In this document: in pieces, positions 31,337-39,438 of the stretch
How the letters are laid out: each line of letters opens with the position of its first letter
Numbering within the stretch: the stretch's first letter is position 1
Sequence record: OZ035795.1
Source of the DNA: Krischvirus LF73P4
Length of the DNA stretch: 64,000 nt
Strand: one strand, 5' to 3'
The notes under the pieces: model-generated
Told to the model about the DNA's origin: nothing
Databases searched by the model: none
What the model saw: the letters and a program-made list of their open reading frames with translations, nothing else
Translations under genes and position numbers: made by a program

Positions 31337-32052
31337 TATAGATCCTTATTGGCTTCAAATACTGCCTTTGCGAATCCTCGCGGGGTAAGTGACCTTATAG
31401 TCTTTGTTTTCGTTCCTTTCCCGCCTAGCTTAGAATGCTGTTTACTGTACCCTTTATTAATCTGCAACGGTTTCTTTTCTGGCATTATAAAGCCTTGTCC
31501 GGTCCATAAGCAAGTCTTTTTTGGGTACATATCACGGTCGGCAATATACTCAGGAAAAGTAGGATGTTTATCATCTTCCGGCAAATAACCGCCATATTCC
31601 CACGGATGGAACATATAATCAGGCTTACGCCACATGCTAGAGATAACGCTTACAGGATTCTCTATCATGTAGGGAACTCCTAGCCATTCACCCAAATAAG
31701 CGGTTATTTTAGCTGCCCGTACATCATGAACTTGAATCAATGGTCCTTGTTCTAGTTTCTTTCGTTCAAAGTGCGCAGCGCCACTAACAGCTAAATTGGT
31801 GCACGGTGGGAATGCAAAGATAATATCCGGTTTCCCCCATTCAAGGTCCATTGCTCTTTCCAGCCAATTCAAATCAATCCATGTGTTTACATAGGTAATG
31901 TTTGGATGTTCAAATCGGGTATTATACTTTTTGTATGTGCCGTGGTCGCCATCGTCAGCATTAAAGCAGATCACCTTATGACCCGCTTTAGCCCATTCTA
32001 ACCCCATTATCCCCGATCCGTCAAAGTTGCAGAATATTAATTTTTGTTTCAT
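31336..32052 (-). CDS. DNA C5-cytosine methyltransferase-like protein (short)
   Basis: Motif I-like FDGSG, catalytic-like DIIFAFPPC (compare DIL.AGFPCQ), ENP at the motif VI spacing; only 238 aa with no obvious target-recognition domain. Confidence 0.5.
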   Translation of the reverse strand: MKQKLIFCNFDGSGIMGLEWAKAGHKVICFNADDGDHGTYKKYNTRFEHPNITYVNTWIDLNWLERAMDLEWGKPDIIFAFPPCTNLAVSGAAHFERKKLEQGPLIQVHDVRAAKITAYLGEWLGVPYMIENPVSVISSMWRKPDYMFHPWEYGGYLPEDDKHPTFPEYIADRDMYPKKTCLWTGQGFIMPEKKPLQINKGYSKQHSKLGGKGTKTKTIRSLTPRGFAKAVFEANKDL

Positions 32053-32294
32053 ATACGCCCCTTTAATCCAACACAGATTTTAGAAGGTTCTTTGCCGTGC
32101 CACATTAAGTAAAGTCCGTTAATGCGGCCTTGTTTTGTGTATGATTCTTTTCTGATCTTCTTATAGTGTCGTGTTTCCTCTACCGATTGTTTAGAATACC
32201 AATCATAAAGGAAGAGGAACAAAGGCCAACCATTAGCAACCTTAATGCAGTTATTCAAAAATTCCTTATTTCGTTTAATTAATTTTCTTTTCAC
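32049..32294 (-). CDS. hypothetical basic protein
   Basis: 81 aa; overlaps neighbouring genes. Confidence 0.45.
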   Translation of the reverse strand: MKRKLIKRNKEFLNNCIKVANGWPLFLFLYDWYSKQSVEETRHYKKIRKESYTKQGRINGLYLMWHGKEPSKICVGLKGRI

Positions 32295-32542
32295 GCTGCC
32301 CCCATTGGTTTGATAGTAACAGAATCTAAAAGACCTTTGTTAGCCAGTTCGCGGCAAGTTTTCAGATCCGCAACTTCCCAGCCAGCCGCAATCAGGTTAT
32401 CAATGAGGCTGTTAGCAACTTCTTCGCTCATGAAAGAGCACTGTTTGCCGATGGTGTAGCGTACACGCTGTAATTTCAGTTTACGGAAGCCTTTAACGTT
32501 CAGGTCTTTAGCGATTTTCTTTGCGGTTTCGATGTTAGCCAT
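32291..32542 (-). CDS. hypothetical protein, first gene of operon
   Basis: 83 aa; PeSL cassette immediately upstream. Confidence 0.5.
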   Translation of the reverse strand: MANIETAKKIAKDLNVKGFRKLKLQRVRYTIGKQCSFMSEEVANSLIDNLIAAGWEVADLKTCRELANKGLLDSVTIKPMGAA

Positions 32543-32625
32543 TGTTTGATTCTCCTAAGTGGTATCTCGTCTTGATGGTTGTATTGTAGGGGAGTTATCC
32601 TCCCCTGTCAACACTTTTTATAAAA
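32543..32625 (-). promoter_or_regulatory. PeSL-type early promoter/stem-loop cassette
   Basis: TTGACA, spacer palindrome GGGGAGGATAACTCCCC, TACAAT; heads the DUF262/methyltransferase-like operon. Confidence 0.6.
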
Positions 32626-32793
32626 TTATTTGTTAATTTCTGGTGCGTTGCTCGGATAGTAACCTTCTTTAACACCCAGATATTTTGCAACCATCCCTAC
32701 AATCTTCTGTGCTACTACAATGTCAAATTTCAGATAATCTTCGCCGTGGGTTTCAATGATATATGCTTCACATGCTGCTTTAGTCTCGAACAT
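32626..32793 (-). CDS. small hypothetical protein (paralog of 35896..36063)
   Basis: 55 aa; 49/55 identical to the second copy. Confidence 0.5.
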   Translation of the reverse strand: MFETKAACEAYIIETHGEDYLKFDIVVAQKIVGMVAKYLGVKEGYYPSNAPEINK

Positions 32794-32869
32794 TTTGATT
32801 CTCCTATTTCGTTTCGGTATGTGTGTATTATAGGGGATCTCCCGATCCCCGTCAACAACTTTTTTAAAA
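32794..32869 (-). promoter_or_regulatory. PeSL-type early promoter/stem-loop cassette
   Basis: TTGACG, spacer palindrome GGGGATC..GATCCCC, TATAAT. Confidence 0.55.
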
Positions 32870-33151
32870 TTATTCGTGATTAGTTTCGATGTTGTGCATT
32901 TTGCACCAGTTCAGCCAATCACCCAGATCCTGATAGTTAATGCTTTTATCTGCTGCCATCGTTTTTGTCTTGATACCCATATGTGCGTTATGAGTAAGCA
33001 TTTTTACAGTGAACTCAATTTTATCGCCTTTAGCTTTAACATCAACCAGTTTGGTCCACTGGCTACCAGCGCCGCGAATGTTCATACCAACGATGTTTCC
33101 GATGTATGCTTCTTTGTTTTTCAGGATTTCGGTTGCTTTGATGAATTTCAT
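32870..33151 (-). CDS. hypothetical protein
   Basis: 93 aa; PeSL upstream. Confidence 0.5.
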   Translation of the reverse strand: MKFIKATEILKNKEAYIGNIVGMNIRGAGSQWTKLVDVKAKGDKIEFTVKMLTHNAHMGIKTKTMAADKSINYQDLGDWLNWCKMHNIETNHE

Positions 33152-33222
33152 TTTTGATTCTCCAGTTCGTTTCGGTATGGGTGTATTATGCTATGTTCTT
33201 ACTTTGGTGTCAACAACTTTTT
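33152..33222 (-). promoter_or_regulatory. PeSL-type early promoter cassette
   Basis: TTGACA-17-CATAAT; conserved leader. Confidence 0.55.
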
Positions 33223-33492
33223 TTAGATATTTTCAGAAATAAATTTTAAAACTTGACGTAAATGTTTCTCATCTTTGATAGTCGCCGGAAGTTCTTCTTT
33301 TACTTCCTGTGCAAGATAGATATTTCCGTTCCAAGTGAAAGATCCGTCTTCGTTTACGCGATAGCTGAACATCCACTCGCAATCATTTTCGATTTCATAT
33401 ACACACAGAAGGGTGTAATCGTTAAAGCTATTGATTTCAAGGTCGAAGCCGTGACGTTTTGCAAAGTTGGTAGTGGTTTTAGTCAGTGCCAT
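33223..33492 (-). CDS. hypothetical protein
   Basis: 89 aa; PeSL upstream. Confidence 0.5.
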   Translation of the reverse strand: MALTKTTTNFAKRHGFDLEINSFNDYTLLCVYEIENDCEWMFSYRVNEDGSFTWNGNIYLAQEVKEELPATIKDEKHLRQVLKFISENI

Positions 33493-33575
33493 TGTTTGAT
33501 TCTCCTAAGTGGTATCTCGTTTCGATGGGTTTATTATGCTATAGGCGTGATCTGGTGTCAACAACTTTTTTAAAA
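33493..33575 (-). promoter_or_regulatory. PeSL-type early promoter cassette
   Basis: TTGACA-17-CATAAT; near-identical to the cassette at 52582-52670. Confidence 0.55.
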
Positions 33576-33585
33576 TTTTATGCAA

Positions 33586-33611
33586 TAAAAAAGCCGACAC
33601 TAAGGTCGGCT
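33586..33611 (-). terminator. rho-independent terminator
   Basis: GCCGAC-actaag-GTCGGC with A-run on plus. Confidence 0.6.
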
Positions 33612-33618
33612 AATAAAA

Positions 33619-33927
33619 TCAACGAGATAGATAATCGTTTTGCGCGATCTGGTCGGCGTATGCTGGTGTTATGTCAATCGCCAACACTTTAACGCGTGCT
33701 TTCTTGCGACCTGGGTTTTCTCGTAACCAGTGCTCATGACCGTACACATTTTTATATTTTGATGCGGTTTCGAAGGTACGGATCGGACCAGGGTAATCAG
33801 CGTAAAGGATCTCTAGGTCTTCTGTGATGTAAAAATATACGTTGTAATTGCTGTTCTCTAGCTTAAGCAGAGACTTTCGGAACATTGGGAGATTTTCGCG
33901 GGTAAATTCAAAGATATTATCTTTCAT
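33619..33927 (-). CDS. HxHW-family small protein (paralog 1 of 6)
   Basis: GHEHW..VKVLAIDI; GAGGA RBS. Confidence 0.5.
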   Translation of the reverse strand: MKDNIFEFTRENLPMFRKSLLKLENSNYNVYFYITEDLEILYADYPGPIRTFETASKYKNVYGHEHWLRENPGRKKARVKVLAIDITPAYADQIAQNDYLSR

Positions 33928-33950
33928 AGTATTATCCTCAATAGTTGGAT

Positions 33951-33973
33951 GAAAAGGGGGGCTTAATGCCCCG
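33951..33973 (-). terminator. rho-independent terminator or attenuator
   Basis: GGGGC-ttaat-GCCCC with A-run on plus. Confidence 0.5.
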
Positions 33974-33977
33974 TATA

Positions 33978-34265
33978 TTAAAACAGTCCTTCCTGTACAC
34001 CGTAGTAGAGTTCATCGCTGATAATTTCATTAATGCGACGGTGTGCATATTCCTGATTTGCGAAGTTGTCAGCAAGTTCTACTTTAGTTTCGCCGTCATG
34101 AGTCCATTTAGTGATAACTTTACCATCTGCAAATTTGAAGTTGAACTCTTTAGCTACTGCATCGCGTACCAGACGTGCGAACTTGTTGTTACGGATTGCA
34201 TTATCGGTTTCGTGTGCAGCGTGAGCAAATTTGTTAACTTTCAGAGTGATAGTAATGTATGCCAT
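33978..34265 (-). CDS. hypothetical protein
   Basis: 95 aa; shares VR.A.AKEFN with 37297..37608. Confidence 0.5.
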   Translation of the reverse strand: MAYITITLKVNKFAHAAHETDNAIRNNKFARLVRDAVAKEFNFKFADGKVITKWTHDGETKVELADNFANQEYAHRRINEIISDELYYGVQEGLF

Positions 34266-34346
34266 AATTTGATTCTCCTAGTTAGAAAGTGTATCTCGTT
34301 TCGATGGGTGTATTATGCTATACACCCGACCTCATGTCAACACTTT
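34266..34346 (-). promoter_or_regulatory. PeSL-type early promoter/stem-loop cassette
   Basis: TTGACA-17-CATAAT; hairpin GGGTGTAT/ATACACCC. Confidence 0.6.
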
Positions 34347-34625
34347 TTATAAAATAATTTTTTGATATTTTTCTATGATGTTCGTGTAATTCACATCAAC
34401 CGCTAGCACCGTTGCTTCGAATCCACCGTTTAGCCAATGGCTATGATCGTGATCGTGAAAGAAACCTAGACCAGTACGAAGACCTTCTTTATATTCGGCG
34501 CGTACATTCAGTTTGTCGTCGATAAACAGATAAAACCATGAATTTTTACTAGGATTGATGATACAACCTTTCAGATTAGGGAGAATATCACGACTAAGAA
34601 TAAACTTATCACCTACCTTGAACAT
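34347..34625 (-). CDS. HxHW-family small protein (paralog 2)
   Basis: HSHW..TVLAVDV; start at MFKVGDKF after GAGGAC. Confidence 0.5.
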   Translation of the reverse strand: MFKVGDKFILSRDILPNLKGCIINPSKNSWFYLFIDDKLNVRAEYKEGLRTGLGFFHDHDHSHWLNGGFEATVLAVDVNYTNIIEKYQKIIL

Positions 34626-34629
34626 AATA

Positions 34630-34950
34630 TTAGTCCTCACTTATAAGGTCAAACCAATTGTTTTTCGCATAATGCTTAATGCGTGCTTGATCTGCTTCCG
34701 CTGGTGATAGATTCCATGCAACCACTACAACTTCTGACGCATCGTCATCCGTTTCTGATACCCAATGATTATGATTCATACAATTGTTTGCTATCGCGTG
34801 AGCAAATGATCTCATTACCGGAGACGTATAATCATAGTAACGGATTTTCAGATTTTCATCAACGTACAAGTAGATCGTATACGGCTTATATTCAGTAACC
34901 AGTAACAGACAGTTACGCAATTCTGGGAAAATCTTTTTAGTTAATTTCAT
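34630..34950 (-). CDS. HxHW-family small protein (paralog 3)
   Basis: NHNHW..VVVVAW; start at MKLTKK after GAGGA. Confidence 0.5.
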   Translation of the reverse strand: MKLTKKIFPELRNCLLLVTEYKPYTIYLYVDENLKIRYYDYTSPVMRSFAHAIANNCMNHNHWVSETDDDASEVVVVAWNLSPAEADQARIKHYAKNNWFDLISED

Positions 34951-34951
34951 T

Positions 34952-35161
34952 TTATAATCCTCGGTCGCGGCTATAGTACACGGTACGCCATACAATTTCA
35001 TGTTTCGTGTCGCTCCAGCACACGATCTCATTTACTCTTAAATCTTTGTTATCAACAAAAGATGAACATTGTGACGCTTCTTTCATCATTTTATCTGCTG
35101 TTTTCTCATCAAATACAGCACAGATTTCTTTATACACTCGATAATCTTTAAACTTGCTCAT
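34952..35161 (-). CDS. small protein, MSKFKDY tandem family (copy B)
   Basis: Start at MSKFKDYRVY; paralog of the adjacent gene. Confidence 0.45.
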   Translation of the reverse strand: MSKFKDYRVYKEICAVFDEKTADKMMKEASQCSSFVDNKDLRVNEIVCWSDTKHEIVWRTVYYSRDRGL

Positions 35162-35163
35162 AA

Positions 35164-35373
35164 TTAACACCAATCAAGAGTTTTTGAGAAAACCTCTATC
35201 CATTGTTGAGTATATGCGGTTTCTTTCCATGAGACAATACCGGTAGAATAATGGTTTTTGTTTCCAGAAAAGGACGGGCATTTTGATGCATCTTCCATCA
35301 TCTTTTCCGCGAACTCTGGTTCGTATACTCGCAAGATCTGTTGATATGCTTTGTAGTCTTTAAATTTGCTCAT
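35164..35373 (-). CDS. small protein, MSKFKDY tandem family (copy A)
   Basis: MSKFKDYKAY..EKMMEDASKC parallels the next gene. Confidence 0.5.
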   Translation of the reverse strand: MSKFKDYKAYQQILRVYEPEFAEKMMEDASKCPSFSGNKNHYSTGIVSWKETAYTQQWIEVFSKTLDWC

Positions 35374-35638
35374 AATCGTTAACTACCTTATCAGCTTCTT
35401 TTATTGTTTTTACATCAACTGCGATAACCCGTAAAGGTTCGTCGTGGTTCCACCAATGATCGTGAATATCAGCTTGTGATTTATCACCAAAGGAATCACG
35501 AATATCATTTTTACATTTATAGCTAATGTGACCGTCATAGTCAACATAAAGGTAATTATCGAAAATCGGCGTTTTTAAGATCATGCCGAAAAATCTTTCT
35601 TTGTGTGTCTTATCCAGTGTTGCAGTAATTCGCATCAT
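35360..35638 (-). CDS. HxHW-family small protein (paralog 4)
   Basis: HDHWW..RVIAVDV. Confidence 0.5.
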   Translation of the reverse strand: MMRITATLDKTHKERFFGMILKTPIFDNYLYVDYDGHISYKCKNDIRDSFGDKSQADIHDHWWNHDEPLRVIAVDVKTIKEADKVVNDYEQI

Positions 35639-35650
35639 AATATATTCCTC

Positions 35651-35830
35651 TTAGAAAGGGATGGTCATTTCTTGAGCTTGTACATTCTCGTTAGGATTAA
35701 ACTTCATCCAACCGATATTGTCTACCAGCATATGCACATTTTTATCATATCCTACGTGAGTAGTCAATACTAAATGTGCTTTACCTTCAACGATGATTTC
35801 CATGTACTTCTGAACTTCGATAGCTTTCAT
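35651..35830 (-). CDS. small hypothetical protein
   Basis: 59 aa, manually translated; conserved leader GGAGAATCAAA-ATG. Confidence 0.4.
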   Translation of the reverse strand: MKAIEVQKYMEIIVEGKAHLVLTTHVGYDKNVHMLVDNIGWMKFNPNENVQAQEMTIPF

Positions 35831-35895
35831 TTTTGATTCTCCGTTTGTTGTCTTGATGGGAGTATATTACTACTCCCTTTAATCATTGTCAACTA
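35831..35895 (-). promoter_or_regulatory. PeSL-type early promoter/stem-loop cassette
   Basis: TTGACA-17-TAATAT; hairpin GGGAGTA/TACTCCC. Confidence 0.55.
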
Positions 35896-36063
35896 TTATT
35901 TGTTAATTTCCGGTGCGTTGCTCGGATAGTAACCTTCTTTAACACCCAGATATTTTGCGACCATTCCGGTGATCTTCTGTGCTACTACAATGTCAAATTT
36001 CAGGTAGTCTTCACCGTGGTTTGCTACAATGTATGCTTCGCATTCTGCTTTAGTCTGGAACAT
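35896..36063 (-). CDS. small hypothetical protein (paralog of 32626..32793)
   Basis: Track ORF (84 aa) trimmed to the ATG after the conserved leader; the extension ran through the promoter cassette. Confidence 0.5.
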   Translation of the reverse strand: MFQTKAECEAYIVANHGEDYLKFDIVVAQKITGMVAKYLGVKEGYYPSNAPEINK

Positions 36064-36133
36064 TTTTGATTCTCCTATATCTCGTTGGTATGTGTGTAGT
36101 ATAGGGGATCGGTGATCCCCTGTCAACAACTTT
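36064..36133 (-). promoter_or_regulatory. PeSL-type early promoter/stem-loop cassette
   Basis: TTGACA, spacer palindrome GGGGATCACCGATCCCC, TATACT. Confidence 0.6.
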
Positions 36134-36442
36134 TTATTCTTCATCTTCATCTTTATCTTGATATGCGTACTTCATAAATTTGTCTGCTACTTTGTCCGCG
36201 TTTTCAGGTTCTACGTCTGACGCTAGGACAACAGCTAGTTCGGTTTTGTCGTTTCCATCATACCAATGATTATGAGTGTCGTTTTCTTCGATATAAAACG
36301 AATCGTTTGGAGTTGTGCGACAATATACGTCTAAATTCCCATCGATATAAAAGATCCAATCCGAATACAAAATGATTGTTTTAGCAAGATTTTTATTGTC
36401 TCTTACAAAAGGTTCCGCGACAAATAGCTTAGTTTGTTCCAT
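36134..36442 (-). CDS. HxHW-family small protein (paralog 5)
   Basis: THNHW..LAVVLASDV; start at MEQTKLF after GAGGAAA. Confidence 0.5.
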   Translation of the reverse strand: MEQTKLFVAEPFVRDNKNLAKTIILYSDWIFYIDGNLDVYCRTTPNDSFYIEENDTHNHWYDGNDKTELAVVLASDVEPENADKVADKFMKYAYQDKDEDEE

Positions 36443-36458
36443 AATATTTTCCTCAAAA

Positions 36459-36650
36459 TTATACAGCTTCGTAAACTTCCCAATGTTCAGCACCAACACG
36501 CTTAACGAAAAGGTTTTCTTTGATGTTATTCATAAACGTCTGGATGGATTTAATGCGGTTGGAAGGTTTCCAGTCTTCGTTGGCATTGCGGCGATACATA
36601 ATAATATTACCAGTTCGCTTATATTCAGCAACCATTTTAAGACCACACAT
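36459..36650 (-). CDS. hypothetical protein
   Basis: 63 aa; variant promoter cassette upstream. Confidence 0.45.
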   Translation of the reverse strand: MCGLKMVAEYKRTGNIIMYRRNANEDWKPSNRIKSIQTFMNNIKENLFVKRVGAEHWEVYEAV

Positions 36651-36730
36651 AATATTATCCTCAATTTGTGGGAGAGTATTACCCTCCCGATTATTGTTAT
36701 ACTACATTACGCAAAATGGCGTGTCAATGC
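36651..36730 (-). promoter_or_regulatory. variant promoter cassette with downstream stem-loop
   Basis: TTGACA-17-TAGTAT followed by hairpin GGGAGGGTAATACTCTCCC in the leader; -35 lies in the upstream gene's 3' end. Confidence 0.45.
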
Positions 36731-37027
36731 TTCTTTTGCTGTTCCGCTAAGATTCTCGATCTCTCCTGGCATAACATCAACCGCCAGAACTTCTACAACA
36801 TCCTCTGATCCTAACCAGTGAGTATGACCTTTGTAGAACTTGATAATCAGACTACCTTCCTCATCCCATTTAACGCTATCGCTAGCCCACCACACATCAC
36901 CGTCGATAAAGTTGATGTAAAGCACACTACGCCACATTGAATTAATTACTTTCAATACTGCGCCTTTCATATCTTCCACGGTGTGGTCTTCCATTTTGAA
37001 GACCTCGCCTACCTGAACTTTTGCCAT
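36707..37027 (-). CDS. HxHW-family small protein (paralog 6)
   Basis: GHTHW..VEVLAVDV. Confidence 0.5.
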   Translation of the reverse strand: MAKVQVGEVFKMEDHTVEDMKGAVLKVINSMWRSVLYINFIDGDVWWASDSVKWDEEGSLIIKFYKGHTHWLGSEDVVEVLAVDVMPGEIENLSGTAKEALTRHFA

Positions 37028-37044
37028 TTAGTCACCTCTCTTTA

Positions 37045-37224
37045 TTACATAACAATTACGCCAGCCGTTGAAAGTTGATGTTTCAACTGAGCATTTTCTG
37101 CTACTGTCAAATCAATGATTTCTTGTGACGCTGCAATCATATAGCCATTGGTGATATTGTTTTGCATCAGTTCAATGGTTTCTTCGTTGTAGCGGATTTT
37201 AGCGATGATTTCGTTGAAGTTCAT
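37045..37224 (-). CDS. small hypothetical protein
   Basis: 59 aa, manually translated; PeSL and conserved leader upstream. Confidence 0.4.
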   Translation of the reverse strand: MNFNEIIAKIRYNEETIELMQNNITNGYMIAASQEIIDLTVAENAQLKHQLSTAGVIVM

Positions 37225-37296
37225 AATTGATTCTCCTAGTTCGTTTCGGTATGTGTGTATTATAGGGGAGTTTAACCTCCCCTGTCAACAACTTTT
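37225..37296 (-). promoter_or_regulatory. PeSL-type early promoter/stem-loop cassette
   Basis: TTGACA, spacer palindrome GGGGAGGTTAAACTCCCC, TATAAT. Confidence 0.6.
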
Positions 37297-37608
37297 TTAA
37301 AGTTTTTCCATGATAACGGTCATAATTACATCTTCTGCGCGAGCGGTCAGATTATCAGCGTCAGCATGTGGGCGGTTGGTTGTTACAGAGATAACACCGT
37401 TGCGCACTGGTTTGATATTGATATCAAGATGATCCGCGAAACGTTCGCCAGTTACAGAATGAATTTTGGTGTTAAATTCTTTTGCCAGTGCCTTGCGAAC
37501 TTCACGAATCAGGGTAGCGTTTTTCAGTTGGTTCTCCGCGCTCATGGTCTTCTGAGTGTTCATGGTTCCGTCGAAGTCAATCATTGGCAGCGTTACGATG
37601 TATTTCAT
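37297..37608 (-). CDS. hypothetical protein
   Basis: 103 aa; PeSL upstream. Confidence 0.5.
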   Translation of the reverse strand: MKYIVTLPMIDFDGTMNTQKTMSAENQLKNATLIREVRKALAKEFNTKIHSVTGERFADHLDINIKPVRNGVISVTTNRPHADADNLTARAEDVIMTVIMEKL

Positions 37609-37688
37609 TTTTGATTCTCCTTAAGAAAGTGTGTTTCGTTTTGATGTGTGTAGTATAGGGGATCACCGATCCCCTGTCAACAACTTTT
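37609..37688 (-). promoter_or_regulatory. PeSL-type early promoter/stem-loop cassette
   Basis: TTGACA, spacer palindrome GGGGATCGGTGATCCCC, TATACT. Confidence 0.6.
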
Positions 37689-38018
37689 TTATGATTTTAG
37701 TGAATTAACCACTACATCAAAATGATGTACAGAGCACACCTTATTAAACACATATTCATCGTGTTTAGGAATAGCCCCTAATCGCTCGATTTCGCTCGCT
37801 GACACGATAAACCGTTTATCAGGTGCATTTACCTTATATGCTTCAACAACGCACGGAAAACGCGTTTTAGAGAGTTCGGGATAGTTTTCTGACTCCATCA
37901 GGACAATGAATACCCTATTACATTGATTGTAGAATCCGGTTTTTGATTTCATCAAGTTTTCTTCTCTGTGAAATTCGTGCAATCTTCCTTTCATGATTTC
38001 GTTGGTTCTTGTCTTCAC
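37689..38018 (-). CDS. hypothetical protein (start uncertain)
   Basis: Track ORF overlaps the upstream gene by about 100 nt; true start is probably an internal ATG. Confidence 0.35.
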   Translation of the reverse strand: MKTRTNEIMKGRLHEFHREENLMKSKTGFYNQCNRVFIVLMESENYPELSKTRFPCVVEAYKVNAPDKRFIVSASEIERLGAIPKHDEYVFNKVCSVHHFDVVVNSLKS

Positions 38019-38259
38019 AGTTTACCCACTCAACAAGGTCTTTGCCTAACTCGAAAGCCCATTCTCGGTCCTGCTTTACGTTTTGTAGGTATGGACTTTC
38101 CGACACTCGACGAAGTGATCTTGTCGTAACAAGAATGATCCCAGGAATGTTCGGATGTTCCTTTCCATATACAATAGGACGCGAGTCACTATCAATACCC
38201 TGTAAGAAGGTGTATCCTGAATCACTTAGGATCATATACATTTTCATTTCATCCATCAC
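37918..38259 (-). CDS. hypothetical protein
   Basis: 113 aa. Confidence 0.45.
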   Translation of the reverse strand: MMDEMKMYMILSDSGYTFLQGIDSDSRPIVYGKEHPNIPGIILVTTRSLRRVSESPYLQNVKQDREWAFELGKDLVEWVNCEDKNQRNHERKIARISQRRKLDEIKNRILQSM

Positions 38260-38516
38260 AGTTTCCTCAACCAGTTATTAAAGCGAGTAAACCATGATGC
38301 TTTTCGTGCTTCTTCTTCGGCTTTGCACGCACGCAAACCACTGAAACACCATTCATAATCATCACTGAAACATGATTCAACAGGAACACCCGCATTTCGT
38401 AGTTCTCTGGTCTTTATCATGAATCCTTGACATAAGGGGCGACCTTCAACAATGATAGGAAGTTTAACTTTTTCCATGAAAGTATACCCAGCACGGTCAA
38501 TAATTTCAATTTTCAT
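38256..38516 (-). CDS. hypothetical protein (paralog of 39762..39983)
   Basis: N-terminal pattern II..AG..FM..K.P.I.E shared with the second copy. Confidence 0.45.
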   Translation of the reverse strand: MKIEIIDRAGYTFMEKVKLPIIVEGRPLCQGFMIKTRELRNAGVPVESCFSDDYEWCFSGLRACKAEEEARKASWFTRFNNWLRKL

Positions 38517-38760
38517 TTACATTATCTCCATAGATCTTTCCATCAATATCAATTTCACCAGCGCGAACATCTAGGATAAGATGTGGTAGGTGTATGCAGT
38601 TTTCCCACCCTACGCGCTTCATTTCTTCTACGGTAACGTAAGCCCACCCGTTCGCTGTAATAAAGTCTACTTCAACCTTGAGAGGAAAGCAAGACTTTTC
38701 TATGTCTTCGAATCCGACAATATGTTTTGTTGTTGAATATGGAATATATCCGGTGATCAT
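38506..38760 (-). CDS. hypothetical protein
   Basis: 84 aa; overlapping operon. Confidence 0.45.
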   Translation of the reverse strand: MITGYIPYSTTKHIVGFEDIEKSCFPLKVEVDFITANGWAYVTVEEMKRVGWENCIHLPHLILDVRAGEIDIDGKIYGDNVNEN

Positions 38761-39218
38761 TTTGTGATCTCCTTATACTCAACACACCATAAGCGGGTAG
38801 CCCATGATAAACGCTCATAACGCTGGCAGAAATCGGACCATAGATATTGTGTACCGTCTTGCATGGTTGAAATATGCGTTTTCTCTCCAACTTTCACGAA
38901 AGAAGTATTCGATTTTGTGATCTCGACCGGAGTATATCCGAAAGCGGGTTCCAACTCAACATCTGAACTAAATGCCAATTTAACAGAATTTGTTTTTCTG
39001 ACCGCTGTCCGGTTTCCTTCTGGGTACAGCACAGCAGGTTTAGCGCCTAAGCGGATAAACTCAGTATTTTTAATGAACAGAATATCATGATAACCGTCAT
39101 ATTCCGACACTTCCATAGTAACAGGAAAATCGACATGTGCTAAACCTGGTAGATCTCGCATATCATGAAATGTAGCCATAATCTTTTTCATTCTATATTC
39201 CTCACTCTTCTGTTTCAT
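38757..39218 (-). CDS. hypothetical protein
   Basis: 153 aa. Confidence 0.45.
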   Translation of the reverse strand: MKQKSEEYRMKKIMATFHDMRDLPGLAHVDFPVTMEVSEYDGYHDILFIKNTEFIRLGAKPAVLYPEGNRTAVRKTNSVKLAFSSDVELEPAFGYTPVEITKSNTSFVKVGEKTHISTMQDGTQYLWSDFCQRYERLSWATRLWCVEYKEITK

Positions 39219-39438
39219 TTCTTTTATATGGTACTATAACAGGATTAATACAGCAAGCACCAATTACGTTATGAGCACCACAATTTAAGCATTTATAATC
39301 ATGGAACTTATTAAGGAATCGCCCGAACTCATAACCGACTAACGCCGCGTGTACTTGAGTCTCGATCTCATCCATATCAGCCAATGTTTTAACCTTCATA
39401 ATATAATCCTCAAATACTGGTTTTGCGAAGATGGTCAT
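39202..39438 (-). CDS. Cys-rich small protein
   Basis: CLNCGAH..GACC. Confidence 0.4.
   Translation of the reverse strand: MTIFAKPVFEDYIMKVKTLADMDEIETQVHAALVGYEFGRFLNKFHDYKCLNCGAHNVIGACCINPVIVPYKRNETEE

Noticed and set aside
35896-36150. 84-aa extended reading of the small paralog
   Set aside because: The N-terminal 29 codons read through the promoter cassette; the ATG after the conserved leader is used instead.
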